A stretch of 64,000 nt of DNA, taken from positions 5,255 to 69,254 of the forward strand of contig JAKQPK010000055.1 in assembly GCA_029564765.1 (NCBI GenBank), given 5' to 3'. This DNA comes from Candidatus Omnitrophota bacterium. Lineage in GTDB: Bacteria; Omnitrophota; Gorgyraeia; Zapsychrales; Aceulaceae. The notes beneath the pieces are model-generated. The model worked only from the letters and a program-made list of their open reading frames with translations, had not been told where the DNA came from and made no database searches. A program made the position numbers and the translations under genes. Shown piece after piece: positions 28,530 to 36,830 of the stretch. Numbering within the stretch: the first letter of the stretch is position 1; the number at the start of each line of letters is the position of its first letter.

Positions 28530-31500
28530 CTAATTCTTGCAGAACACCCCGGAATCAGCCGAAACTCCCGGGTCGATATTGCTGATCAAACGTAAAACCA
28601 TGTTACAGTTGGCTCCCGCCGGAACACTCCAAACATACCCCAGCGGAGCATTCGGCGCCGGAGTTCCTGCGCTTGAGTCAGTAGTGATGGTATCTGGAAA
28701 AGTCGCGCCGCCATCTGATGAAAGTTTAATGGTCATATACGGCCCTACCCCGCTGACCGTCCATGTGATCTCATAAAAGCCAGAGATCGTGTCTCCAGCT
28801 GAAGGCGCTGTCACCGCTATGCTCGCACCACCGCCACTCGCGATCGTAAAGTTGCTGTCAGATGTGTCATACACGCTCGCGTCAGACGCATCGGAGATTC
28901 GCACGCGCACCATCGAACTCGGATCATTGGCAACAGTCCACGTATAACTGCCGCTTGAGGCGGAGGTTGACGCGATGATCGTATTCGGATAGGAAGCCCC
29001 ACTGTTAGTTGAGTATTCGATCTTCACATTCGAAACGGAACCACTCGTCGTCCAGGTGATGTTTTTTGAGGATGAGACATTCCAGGACTCGCCGCCATTA
29101 GGGCTCGTCAATGTCACGCTATTGGTGGCTGCCGTAACACCGCCCGCATCCAGGATAGTGCCAGCCCCGGGCTGTGTTGGATTGCGCTCCGCAGCCGCGG
29201 TCCTGATCTGATCGACCACGCTCGCGCTCAGCCCACTTGCCTGGGCGATCTGGGGCGACAGGGTCGCATAAATAAGATTGCCGCGCAGATTCTGGATCTT
29301 CATCTGGCCATCTTCCATCACAAAAATCATGGTCGTATTGCCGCTCGTCTTTTGCTGCAGACCCGTTTTTCGGGGAGTCTGGTCTTTATCCCATTTTGTT
29401 TCCGCGATGTAGGCATTGCCGCGTTTTTCAATACGATTGATATAGATCGTGAGGCGGATATCGGTGAACATGTCAAAATCGAACCGCACACCTTCTTCGA
29501 GGAAGCCCTTGTTCCCTAAATAAGACCTTGAAATAAGCTGAGCGAACGCTGACGGATCTTTTTTCTCATAAGTTTCAGCCAGTTGCTTGATGCTCTGTGC
29601 GACCATTTGTTGCACATTAAGATCGCGATAAATGATATTCAGATTAGGGAATAAAGGAATGGTCAGCTCATCGGCGAGCGTACTGCGGATCTTGAGCACA
29701 GGATTATACGTTTTATCCGGGATCATGGTGATCGTGCTCATGATATCCGCCCTCAAAGGCAATTCGGCCCACGTCCGGCCGCCATCCTCGGAAAAAAGAA
29801 TGCGGTCCAGCCTATCAATGCTATTCAATCGGGCCGTGATCTCGATCTCTCCCTGCTTGAGATCATCCGGCAGCAAAATAAGTTCCCCGAACATCATAGG
29901 GATCGCCCGGCTGTTGATCCGGGCATTAAAGACCTGATACGTCTGAGATGTGAAATTTCGCTCTTCGCGCAAGCGCTGTGCCTCGGCACTCTTGCGGGCG
30001 GCAGCCTCTTCTTGCTCGCGCTGGGAATCATCTTCTGCTTTTTTAAGAGCCCACTCTTTTTCCTGCTTTTCAATATCCTTTTTTGCCTTTTCAATAGCCA
30101 GATCAACTTCCTGTTCTAGCTCAGTCCAGTCCTTAATAACTTTCTCGGTCTTTTCGGTCTTAACCCACCCGACGTACACACTCAAGTTGCTGCGCAGTGT
30201 CTGGGTCTTGAATGTCTCAAGATTTTCCAGCTTTTCCTTGTACCAACCATGCTGTTCAATGGACTTGAATCGTTTCCTCGCGTCATCCAGATTCTTCTGT
30301 GCCCGAACGATAGAAGCATCAAATTCTTTCTGAACAATCGCATAGCGCTCTTCATAAAGAGCAATGCGTGCCGGAATAGTTTTCAGCCCGTTGATCATGG
30401 TCTTGGCCTTATCATTGAACCCGCCATGGTATTTAATAGACTTATTGATTCCTGAAAAAAGCTTTTCCATTTGGGCAACAAGAGCGGAAGACTCAGCCCA
30501 GGTTTCTTTCAATTGCGCCAGGTATTGCACACCTTTGCTCTTTTCCGGCTCAACGCTCATAAAGCCAGCCGCGCCGTCACCTCGGAACAATTGCAACACA
30601 TGCTCTGCTTCCTTTTGCATCGTTCTCTCGAGCACTGAACTGAGCACCGGAGAATCCGAAATTCCGGTCATAAGCCTGTTCAATGTCAGGGCCATGCGGT
30701 CAACGGAATCATAAAAGTCCATCTCAGTGATGAGCCTGTTAATAAGTTGCAGCGATTTGTCACTCTGCGCCAAGCCATCCGCTAACCCCATATCTTTCAA
30801 GAAAATTCCAGTATCTTCAGCGGAAGATATTATTGGAATATTCGCAATGATGCGCCGATAACCCCCGGCAAGAACGCCGTCGCCCTGTACCTTGCCCAAT
30901 ATTTTCAAAATAGCCGGAGAGGCAACATCTTTCAACATGAGCTCATATCTATACCCAGGCTTTTTCTCTATGACCTGCAGACTTTTGGGTACAGTGGCCT
31001 CAAATTTTCTGATCAGGGCCTGTACGGAAGTTTCATAATTTTCATACGCCTTCTTCGCCAATGATATTATTTCAGGATAAAGCTCTTTGTTCTTCTGCAG
31101 GTCATCCTTGATCTGCTTCAGAGACTCCATTGATCTGATGGCGTCACCGGGATTGTGGAACATGAAAAACTGCTCTTTGTGCTGCGTCCAAGCATCCACC
31201 TCTTGGGTACGATCAACAATACCGCCCGCGATGCTCTGATATGCCGTCATATCCTCCTTAAAAGCGGCCTCCATCCGAATGATATCCGTTGCTATTTCCT
31301 CCGTCAATTTATCCAGCGTGGCGCTCATGGTCATCACACGATCCTTGACCTCGAACAGAACGACCTGCTCTTCTTTGGCAAGGATATCAGCATCCTGCCT
31401 GTGCCCATTGCCAAAAACATAACTAATATTGGCGTAAGGAAAGGTCATAGCTGACCAAGCCTGATTAATACGGTGGTATTCAGCATAAAGTGCCTCACGC

Positions 31501-32915
31501 TCGGCCGGCGAAAGGTAAGCGCGATCCTTAGCCCTGACAGCATCATACTGAGGGCGATAAATGGCTGCTGCTTGAGCGGACACTTTTTCTCCCTCTTTGA
31601 TCAGATCCTGGATTTTATTCCAGGAATCCTCTAGAGCTTTCTTGCGCACTTCCTGATAACGCTCTATGCCCGCCTCAACCTCCTTGACATCATATCCGTC
31701 AGTGCCAGCCTCTTTAAATGGATCGAACGCATCACGCAAGGCATTGAGAACGCCCTGACGATCAATAGCACAGCTTTCATACTTGAACACCGGGCTTGCC
31801 CGCGCATATAACGCATCGTTACGATTAGCGATCTCTTGCGCCTCGTCGACGACCTCTTTGTAGTCCTCTTTCTTATATTCATACACTTTCGATTTAAAAC
31901 TATCGATAGCGGCAAGAACCGGCGAAGCATCCTTACCGGCAGTGTCGATCGCGCCCTGAACGCCACTGGCAGCTGCCTTGGCATCACTGTCGAGCGCTTC
32001 GAGCTTGGCGCGGACCTGTTGTTCGATCTCGATCCTTTTCTGGATCTCGGACTTCATCTTTTCAAGCGCGGCAATAATGGCCGCCTTCATATTATCGCCT
32101 TCATTGTCCTTACCCTTTAGATACCAGCCGCTGTACGCCAGCTGCTCATCCCATTCCTTTTGCACATAGCTTGGGATATCCGTCGCCATGATCCAGTCCT
32201 TAAACGCCTTGGGATTTGATCGTGGATTGCGTCCATCGAGGATCACATTCATTTTGGATTCCAGCGCCGTATCGAACGCATAGCCCACCACATAATTCCC
32301 GAGGGCCTCGACCGCAGCCTGCGCCAGGCGATAATAACCCCAACCGGGAATGAAATATTCCATGACCTTATCGCCGATCTGCTTGCCCAGTTCGCGGCAG
32401 CCTTCCTCAGCGCCCTTGGTGCTCCATGTCGAATACACATTCCATGCAATTTCGGCAGAAGCGATGCCGGCCTTCACGCCGTTCATTTTCGTATCAAGCT
32501 TGGATTTGATATCAATATCTGCCGCTGACCAGACTGCGCTCACGGCCTTGCCATCAACGATCGCCTGATGCATCATGGAAGGCACGGCGGCCTTGAAAAG
32601 ATCGGCCCGCGCTCTTGCCTGGATATAATTGAGCATCTTGTCCTTAACAGCGTCCTTGGCTCGGGACGCGGTCTCTTCCCAAACACGCTCTTTACCCTGC
32701 TTGAGGATATACTCCAGCTTCTGCTCAGTGGTCATGCTGTTCATGGCCGTGATATCTTTAACGAAGTTCGTATAGGAGGTGATCAGCGCTTTGGCAGCCT
32801 TGCCTGTGGCCGTCTCTTCAAACGGAGCATCTTTCGCCCAAAGCGGCTGGCCCGAACAAAGGGACAAGATCGTTACGCATGTGGTCAAGAACAGGATTTT
32901 TTTCATATGTCTCAC
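28530..32915 (-). CDS. giant (1,461 aa) secreted surface protein with coiled-coil-rich body and two C-terminal S/T-rich Ig-like repeats
   Basis: Signal peptide MRHMKKILFLTTCVTILSLCSGQPLWA. Long helical/coiled-coil segments. C-terminal tandem repeats of about 95 aa (SPNGGESWNV…ITWTTSG…VKIEYSTNSGASY…GSYTWTV…VRVRI, then APSAGDTISGFYEITWTVSG…IKLSSDGGATFPDTI…GYVWSVPAG…MVLRLI). No recognisable export-class motif. Confidence 0.7.
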   Translation of the reverse strand: MRHMKKILFLTTCVTILSLCSGQPLWAKDAPFEETATGKAAKALITSYTNFVKDITAMNSMTTEQKLEYILKQGKERVWEETASRAKDAVKDKMLNYIQARARADLFKAAVPSMMHQAIVDGKAVSAVWSAADIDIKSKLDTKMNGVKAGIASAEIAWNVYSTWSTKGAEEGCRELGKQIGDKVMEYFIPGWGYYRLAQAAVEALGNYVVGYAFDTALESKMNVILDGRNPRSNPKAFKDWIMATDIPSYVQKEWDEQLAYSGWYLKGKDNEGDNMKAAIIAALEKMKSEIQKRIEIEQQVRAKLEALDSDAKAAASGVQGAIDTAGKDASPVLAAIDSFKSKVYEYKKEDYKEVVDEAQEIANRNDALYARASPVFKYESCAIDRQGVLNALRDAFDPFKEAGTDGYDVKEVEAGIERYQEVRKKALEDSWNKIQDLIKEGEKVSAQAAAIYRPQYDAVRAKDRAYLSPAEREALYAEYHRINQAWSAMTFPYANISYVFGNGHRQDADILAKEEQVVLFEVKDRVMTMSATLDKLTEEIATDIIRMEAAFKEDMTAYQSIAGGIVDRTQEVDAWTQHKEQFFMFHNPGDAIRSMESLKQIKDDLQKNKELYPEIISLAKKAYENYETSVQALIRKFEATVPKSLQVIEKKPGYRYELMLKDVASPAILKILGKVQGDGVLAGGYRRIIANIPIISSAEDTGIFLKDMGLADGLAQSDKSLQLINRLITEMDFYDSVDRMALTLNRLMTGISDSPVLSSVLERTMQKEAEHVLQLFRGDGAAGFMSVEPEKSKGVQYLAQLKETWAESSALVAQMEKLFSGINKSIKYHGGFNDKAKTMINGLKTIPARIALYEERYAIVQKEFDASIVRAQKNLDDARKRFKSIEQHGWYKEKLENLETFKTQTLRSNLSVYVGWVKTEKTEKVIKDWTELEQEVDLAIEKAKKDIEKQEKEWALKKAEDDSQREQEEAAARKSAEAQRLREERNFTSQTYQVFNARINSRAIPMMFGELILLPDDLKQGEIEITARLNSIDRLDRILFSEDGGRTWAELPLRADIMSTITMIPDKTYNPVLKIRSTLADELTIPLFPNLNIIYRDLNVQQMVAQSIKQLAETYEKKDPSAFAQLISRSYLGNKGFLEEGVRFDFDMFTDIRLTIYINRIEKRGNAYIAETKWDKDQTPRKTGLQQKTSGNTTMIFVMEDGQMKIQNLRGNLIYATLSPQIAQASGLSASVVDQIRTAAAERNPTQPGAGTILDAGGVTAATNSVTLTSPNGGESWNVSSSKNITWTTSGSVSNVKIEYSTNSGASYPNTIIASTSASSGSYTWTVANDPSSMVRVRISDASDASVYDTSDSNFTIASGGGASIAVTAPSAGDTISGFYEITWTVSGVGPYMTIKLSSDGGATFPDTITTDSSAGTPAPNAPLGYVWSVPAGANCNMVLRLISNIDPGVSADSGVFCKN

Positions 32916-32930
32916 ATAAAGATTAATTGA

Positions 32931-33392
32931 TTAAAAAGGATTATTGCCGCTAATCTGATATAAAAGCCAATTGCCATCATCCTGGTGTTTGAATACGACT
33001 TCCGCTTCGCCTTTGGAAAGGACGGCTTCTGTGGCGCCCTGGGGCTGTGCACGCTTCTCCCAATTAAACCGCGCCGACAACGTCTTTTTTCCGGCATCGA
33101 AAAACGCCTGGTTAATGAAGTAGTTAAGCTCAAGCACCTTCCCGGCATTGACATTACGGTCGATCTGATCGATAAGCTTATCGCGTAACGGCGCATCCTG
33201 GGCGATGTTCATCAGAAACATATCTTTGAAATAATTCTGGTAGGCCAATACTATCCCGGCGATCAACTTGTTGGTCAGAACAAATGCCTCATCCGCCTGC
33301 GGGGCTTCAGCCTGCGGCCGAACTGCATCCTTAGCATGGCCGTATCCGGCAAGAAAAAAAAGGCTCAGTATCAAAACGAATATTTTCTTCAT
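32931..33392 (-). CDS. small secreted/periplasmic protein (possible NTF2-like fold)
   Basis: 153 aa; signal peptide; the segment LELNYFINQAFFDAGKKTLSARFNWEKR resembles LTIYINRIEKRGNAYIAETKWDKD inside the giant protein. Confidence 0.45.
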   Translation of the reverse strand: MKKIFVLILSLFFLAGYGHAKDAVRPQAEAPQADEAFVLTNKLIAGIVLAYQNYFKDMFLMNIAQDAPLRDKLIDQIDRNVNAGKVLELNYFINQAFFDAGKKTLSARFNWEKRAQPQGATEAVLSKGEAEVVFKHQDDGNWLLYQISGNNPF

Positions 33393-33409
33393 GGCTCTCT
33401 TTTCTTTAG

Positions 33410-35155
33410 TTAAAAGTTGGATACGAATTTTGCGATAACGCGCTGTTCATTATACGTTTGATTTCCGTCCTCATGGACATAGCGATTGCGTTCAGCGCGT
33501 ACAATAAAGCGCGTCGCATGTTTTTTATTGATCAGATAATCAAATTCCGAGAACGTGCGGTTATTAAAATAATCCGTCCCAGGCTTTGACCTGTTGCTAT
33601 CGGCAAGAGTATTGCCCAGGCGAATAGTGAAACGCTGTGACGCCTCATAGGTCGCGTTTAACCCAAGATTGAAATTAATGTCCTTCTTCTGTGAGGTCTT
33701 GGTAGAGCGCAGATCCAGGGCTGGATCCAACGAACAGTAAAACCTCCGGCCGAAAAGTTTATAGTCTTTGGCAAAATTCAAGCCGACCCGATGAAAATAA
33801 TCCGAAGCCGTTCTATTGGCTTTATCTGTAAAGGCACGATATTCGTAATTAGCCCCAACGCTGGCACTGCCGATCGTATCATTAACAGAAAAACCGCCAG
33901 TACGTGTAACACCGCTGGCCGTGTTGCCCGGATCATCGGATGATCTGATCTGATAATTGACGTACGGCCGAAAAGAAAAGCTGGTCCGGGACGCGAATGG
34001 ACGCGATGCCCAGACAACATACTTTTCATCATTAATAGTGCGCTTTGTAAGCGAACTCCCCCTTAAATGGTCCCAGTAATAATTCTCGGTAAGGCTCAGC
34101 GTGTTGCTGGCATTGAGAGCGATGTCGAATGTCACCTGATGTTGGACCATATCCGGGGAGGCAGAGCCAACATCTGTGTAAAATTTCGGCTGAACGTAAT
34201 TATAAAGGTAGCGGGTCTGGATCTTGCCCATATTAAGTGTCGGTTGCAAACGCACAGCATAAGCTTCTTCAGAGTTCTTATCAGCCTCAAGATCAGGTGC
34301 ATGTTCACTGCGGGCAATCTCATAATTCATGGAGAGATACTTTTGCAAGGAAAGCGCGCCATCAATACTTGTCACATGATTACGGATCTGCTTGGAGTTG
34401 GAGGTGCGTTCAAGTGTCGAAGAATCATCCTGGGTAGTCACATGCTGCAGACCAACCCTAAAATTTGAAAAGACAGAGGAATCACGAAAAAAATTTTGAT
34501 CCATCTTGAATCCAAAGATATTCCGTTGAAACTTCTCTGTCGCAACGTCCGCTCCGTAAGCGCGCGCGATAACACCTTTATACCTCTGATCCTCCGACGG
34601 ATTGGTCTCAAAGCTTAGCCCTTCGAGAGAAGTCCCAAGCGTGAACTGACTGAACTCCGCATAAGAATCAGCAAATTCCACAATATTTTTTGGATTATAA
34701 ATTTTCGTAGATATTTGTTTCATCCGGACATCCCCACGCTGCTCGATGCGGTTATTGTCGGTTTTGCGAAGAAATATCTGCCCTTCAAAATTATAGTCTT
34801 TGGGAAGCTTTGCGCCAATATTAAGTCGCAGTTCAGTAAGATAATCCGTTCCCCTGCGAAGAAATGACTTGGATGTATTGCCCGAAATATTGTTCCAGGA
34901 TATTTCCTGAGCAATGTTCCCGGTGATGCGTCCGGAACGATCATTCAGCTCTCGCCCAGATGTAAAATCAAAAAGATCGTGGAAACGTTGTTTGAGGGAA
35001 TAAGAAGGATTGACCACGGCCGATGAAGCGGCTGCACCACTTAAATAAAAAACCTCAGCCGCGTGCGCTGAAGACGAAATAAATGAGCTTATAATAATAA
35101 ACCCAAAAAAAATCCTTAGGTGTGACCTGTTAAAAAGAATCATGTTAAATTCCAC
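33410..35155 (-). CDS. outer-membrane beta-barrel protein (unknown family)
   Basis: 581 aa; signal peptide; rich in Tyr/Asn/Ser/Thr/Gly with alternating hydrophobic pattern; C-terminus ...RVIAKFVSNF ends in Phe (OMP beta-signal). Confidence 0.55.
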   Translation of the reverse strand: MEFNMILFNRSHLRIFFGFIIISSFISSSAHAAEVFYLSGAAASSAVVNPSYSLKQRFHDLFDFTSGRELNDRSGRITGNIAQEISWNNISGNTSKSFLRRGTDYLTELRLNIGAKLPKDYNFEGQIFLRKTDNNRIEQRGDVRMKQISTKIYNPKNIVEFADSYAEFSQFTLGTSLEGLSFETNPSEDQRYKGVIARAYGADVATEKFQRNIFGFKMDQNFFRDSSVFSNFRVGLQHVTTQDDSSTLERTSNSKQIRNHVTSIDGALSLQKYLSMNYEIARSEHAPDLEADKNSEEAYAVRLQPTLNMGKIQTRYLYNYVQPKFYTDVGSASPDMVQHQVTFDIALNASNTLSLTENYYWDHLRGSSLTKRTINDEKYVVWASRPFASRTSFSFRPYVNYQIRSSDDPGNTASGVTRTGGFSVNDTIGSASVGANYEYRAFTDKANRTASDYFHRVGLNFAKDYKLFGRRFYCSLDPALDLRSTKTSQKKDINFNLGLNATYEASQRFTIRLGNTLADSNRSKPGTDYFNNRTFSEFDYLINKKHATRFIVRAERNRYVHEDGNQTYNEQRVIAKFVSNF

Positions 35156-35354
35156 AAATAATATATTTTTTATTATTATAAATGGTCATCTTGTTTCGTA
35201 AACTAAATTAAAATATATTTCCCTTTTCGTAGCAGGTTATAAGGCATCAACAAGGAACCTCATGGGGCTTCATTCCTTCGAAGCCGAATGCCCTGCTCCG
35301 CCGAAGCGAAGCCCGCCATGGCTTCACAGAGGCGAGCAAAGAGCGATGCATAAA

Positions 35355-35431
35355 TGGTGGCGGCGAGTGGATTTAAACCACTGACCAATCGGGTATGAAC
35401 CGAGTGCTCTATCGGGCTGAGCTACGCCGCC
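35355..35431 (-). tRNA. tRNA with CAU anticodon (Met, or Ile2 if lysidinylated); atypical D- and T-loops
   Basis: RC = GGCGGCGTAGCTCAGCCCGATAGAGCACTCGGTTCATACCCGATTGGTCAGTGGTTTAAATCCACTCGCCGCCACCA. Good acceptor, anticodon and T stems; anticodon loop UUCAUAC. D-loop lacks G18G19 and T-loop is TTTAAAT (no C56). Confidence 0.7.
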
Positions 35432-35487
35432 GCAAGTGTTGCATTGTACGGCATTCTTTCAGTGATGGCAAGTTTTTTTATCTGTGT

Positions 35488-35790
35488 TTACAAATGATAA
35501 AAAATGATATAGAGAAACAAGATCACGACAGCCGCTGAAATAATGTAAAAATCATTGAAGTAAAAGAAGTCTTTGATGCGTTCGTTGGAAGTGTATTCGA
35601 ATTGGGTGTTTTCCGCCGCGACAGTTCCCCCGTTTTTGATACCCATCAGGTCATTGCGCTTGAAGCGAATGAATTGTCCTGCGATGCGATACGATTGGAG
35701 CTTGCCTTGTTCGACAAGCTCCATAATTTTCTTTTCAGATACTTTTAGGATCTGCGCGGCTTCGCGCACAGAAATAAATTGGTCAGACAT
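35488..35790 (-). CDS. excisionase-type HTH (HTH_17-like) DNA-binding protein with C-terminal transmembrane anchor
   Basis: N-terminal ISVREAAQILKVSEKKIMELVEQGKLQSYRIAGQFIRFKRNDL fits the excisionase/MerR-like HTH; C-terminal hydrophobic helix FYIISAAVVILFLYIIFY. Confidence 0.6.
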   Translation of the reverse strand: MSDQFISVREAAQILKVSEKKIMELVEQGKLQSYRIAGQFIRFKRNDLMGIKNGGTVAAENTQFEYTSNERIKDFFYFNDFYIISAAVVILFLYIIFYHL

Positions 35791-35810
35791 AGTATTGACG
35801 TTAAGATTTT

Positions 35811-36332
35811 TTACCCTTTAGCTTTTTCAAGCGTTATCCAGTGATCGATCTTTGCCCGGTCAAATTTCCAGGCATCATCGGTTTTAATCCCGGGAAGCGT
35901 ACCTGCGTTGGCCATTTCCACGACCGATGAAATATCAAGCTCAAGATATCGAGCTGTTTCTTCCAGGGAAAGCTGTTCGTTGAGCATGCGGCATTGGCCT
36001 TCAAAAATAGCGCCTTCTACAATGTTCAGCTTGGGCGTTGAAATATTACCCATGAGCTCCGCGGAAGGCATTAATACTAACATCTTTGAAGCAAGGACAT
36101 CACCTTGGATCTTTCCTGCTACGATAACGTTCTCACCGGTGATCCTGGCCTCAACTCGAGCGGTTTCTCCAACAGTCAGCGTTCCTTTTGTTTCCAGTGA
36201 CCCAACAAAAAGTCCATTGATGCGCAGATTAACAGGGTCACTAAAAGAAAGGGTTCCTTTCATTTCAGCGTTTATCTCAATGAGTTTTTGTTCTGCTTCG
36301 TTCTTGCCTCGTCGGTCGCGTAAAGCCATCAT
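35811..36332 (-). CDS. bactofilin fused to a C-terminal excisionase-type HTH domain
   Basis: Bactofilin beta-helical repeat pattern (LTVGETARVEARITGENVIVAGKIQGDVLASKMLVLMPSAELMGNISTPKLNIVEGAIFEG), followed by LSLEETARYLELDISSVVEMANAGTLPGIKTDDAWKFDRAKIDHWI (HTH_17-like). Confidence 0.7.
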   Translation of the reverse strand: MMALRDRRGKNEAEQKLIEINAEMKGTLSFSDPVNLRINGLFVGSLETKGTLTVGETARVEARITGENVIVAGKIQGDVLASKMLVLMPSAELMGNISTPKLNIVEGAIFEGQCRMLNEQLSLEETARYLELDISSVVEMANAGTLPGIKTDDAWKFDRAKIDHWITLEKAKG

Positions 36333-36349
36333 ATGCCTCCTTGCCGCGT

Positions 36350-36817
36350 TTATTTTTCTGCCTGATCAGGAAAGATTTTCTCAAGTTTCTTTTCGATCGA
36401 ACGTAGTCCGTATAAAACCCAAAAGACGATAAAGGTCGCGATAAATGCTGCCGTATAATATCCTGCCCCAACGGCCATGCCAATACAAGAAACAACCCAC
36501 ATGCTAGCGGATGTCGTCAAACCACTTACGACATTATCACCGCTACGTATGATCGTCCCCGCGCACAAGAATCCGACACCCGTCACAATAGCAGCGATAA
36601 TGCGCGTCGGATCGGTTTGGTGGACATAACTATGTATATCAGAAACGTAATATGAAGTCAACACGAGTAGCGTAGATCCTACGCCGATAAGGATGTGCGT
36701 GCGAAGCCCCGCCCCTTTGTGACGTAAAAAGCGTTCTGCTCCTATGACACCTGAAAGGATGACCGCTAAAATGATCTTGATGATAATATCGAGGGTCTCC
36801 AGGAAAATTTGCGGCAT
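36350..36817 (-). CDS. MgtC/SapB-family membrane protein
   Basis: 155 aa; AVILSGVIGAERFLRHKGAGLRTHILIGVGS is an MgtC-family signature; four TM helices. Confidence 0.8.
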   Translation of the reverse strand: MPQIFLETLDIIIKIILAVILSGVIGAERFLRHKGAGLRTHILIGVGSTLLVLTSYYVSDIHSYVHQTDPTRIIAAIVTGVGFLCAGTIIRSGDNVVSGLTTSASMWVVSCIGMAVGAGYYTAAFIATFIVFWVLYGLRSIEKKLEKIFPDQAEK

Positions 36818-36830
36818 GGGATCTCTCCTT

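Noticed and set aside
35488-36332. Excisionase-type HTH genes as evidence of a prophage or integrative element next to tRNA(CAU)
   Set aside because: No integrase, no phage structural or replication genes, no flanking direct repeats of the tRNA end. One HTH is fused to bactofilin and the other to a tail anchor, so they are better explained as a cellular DNA-tethering pair.
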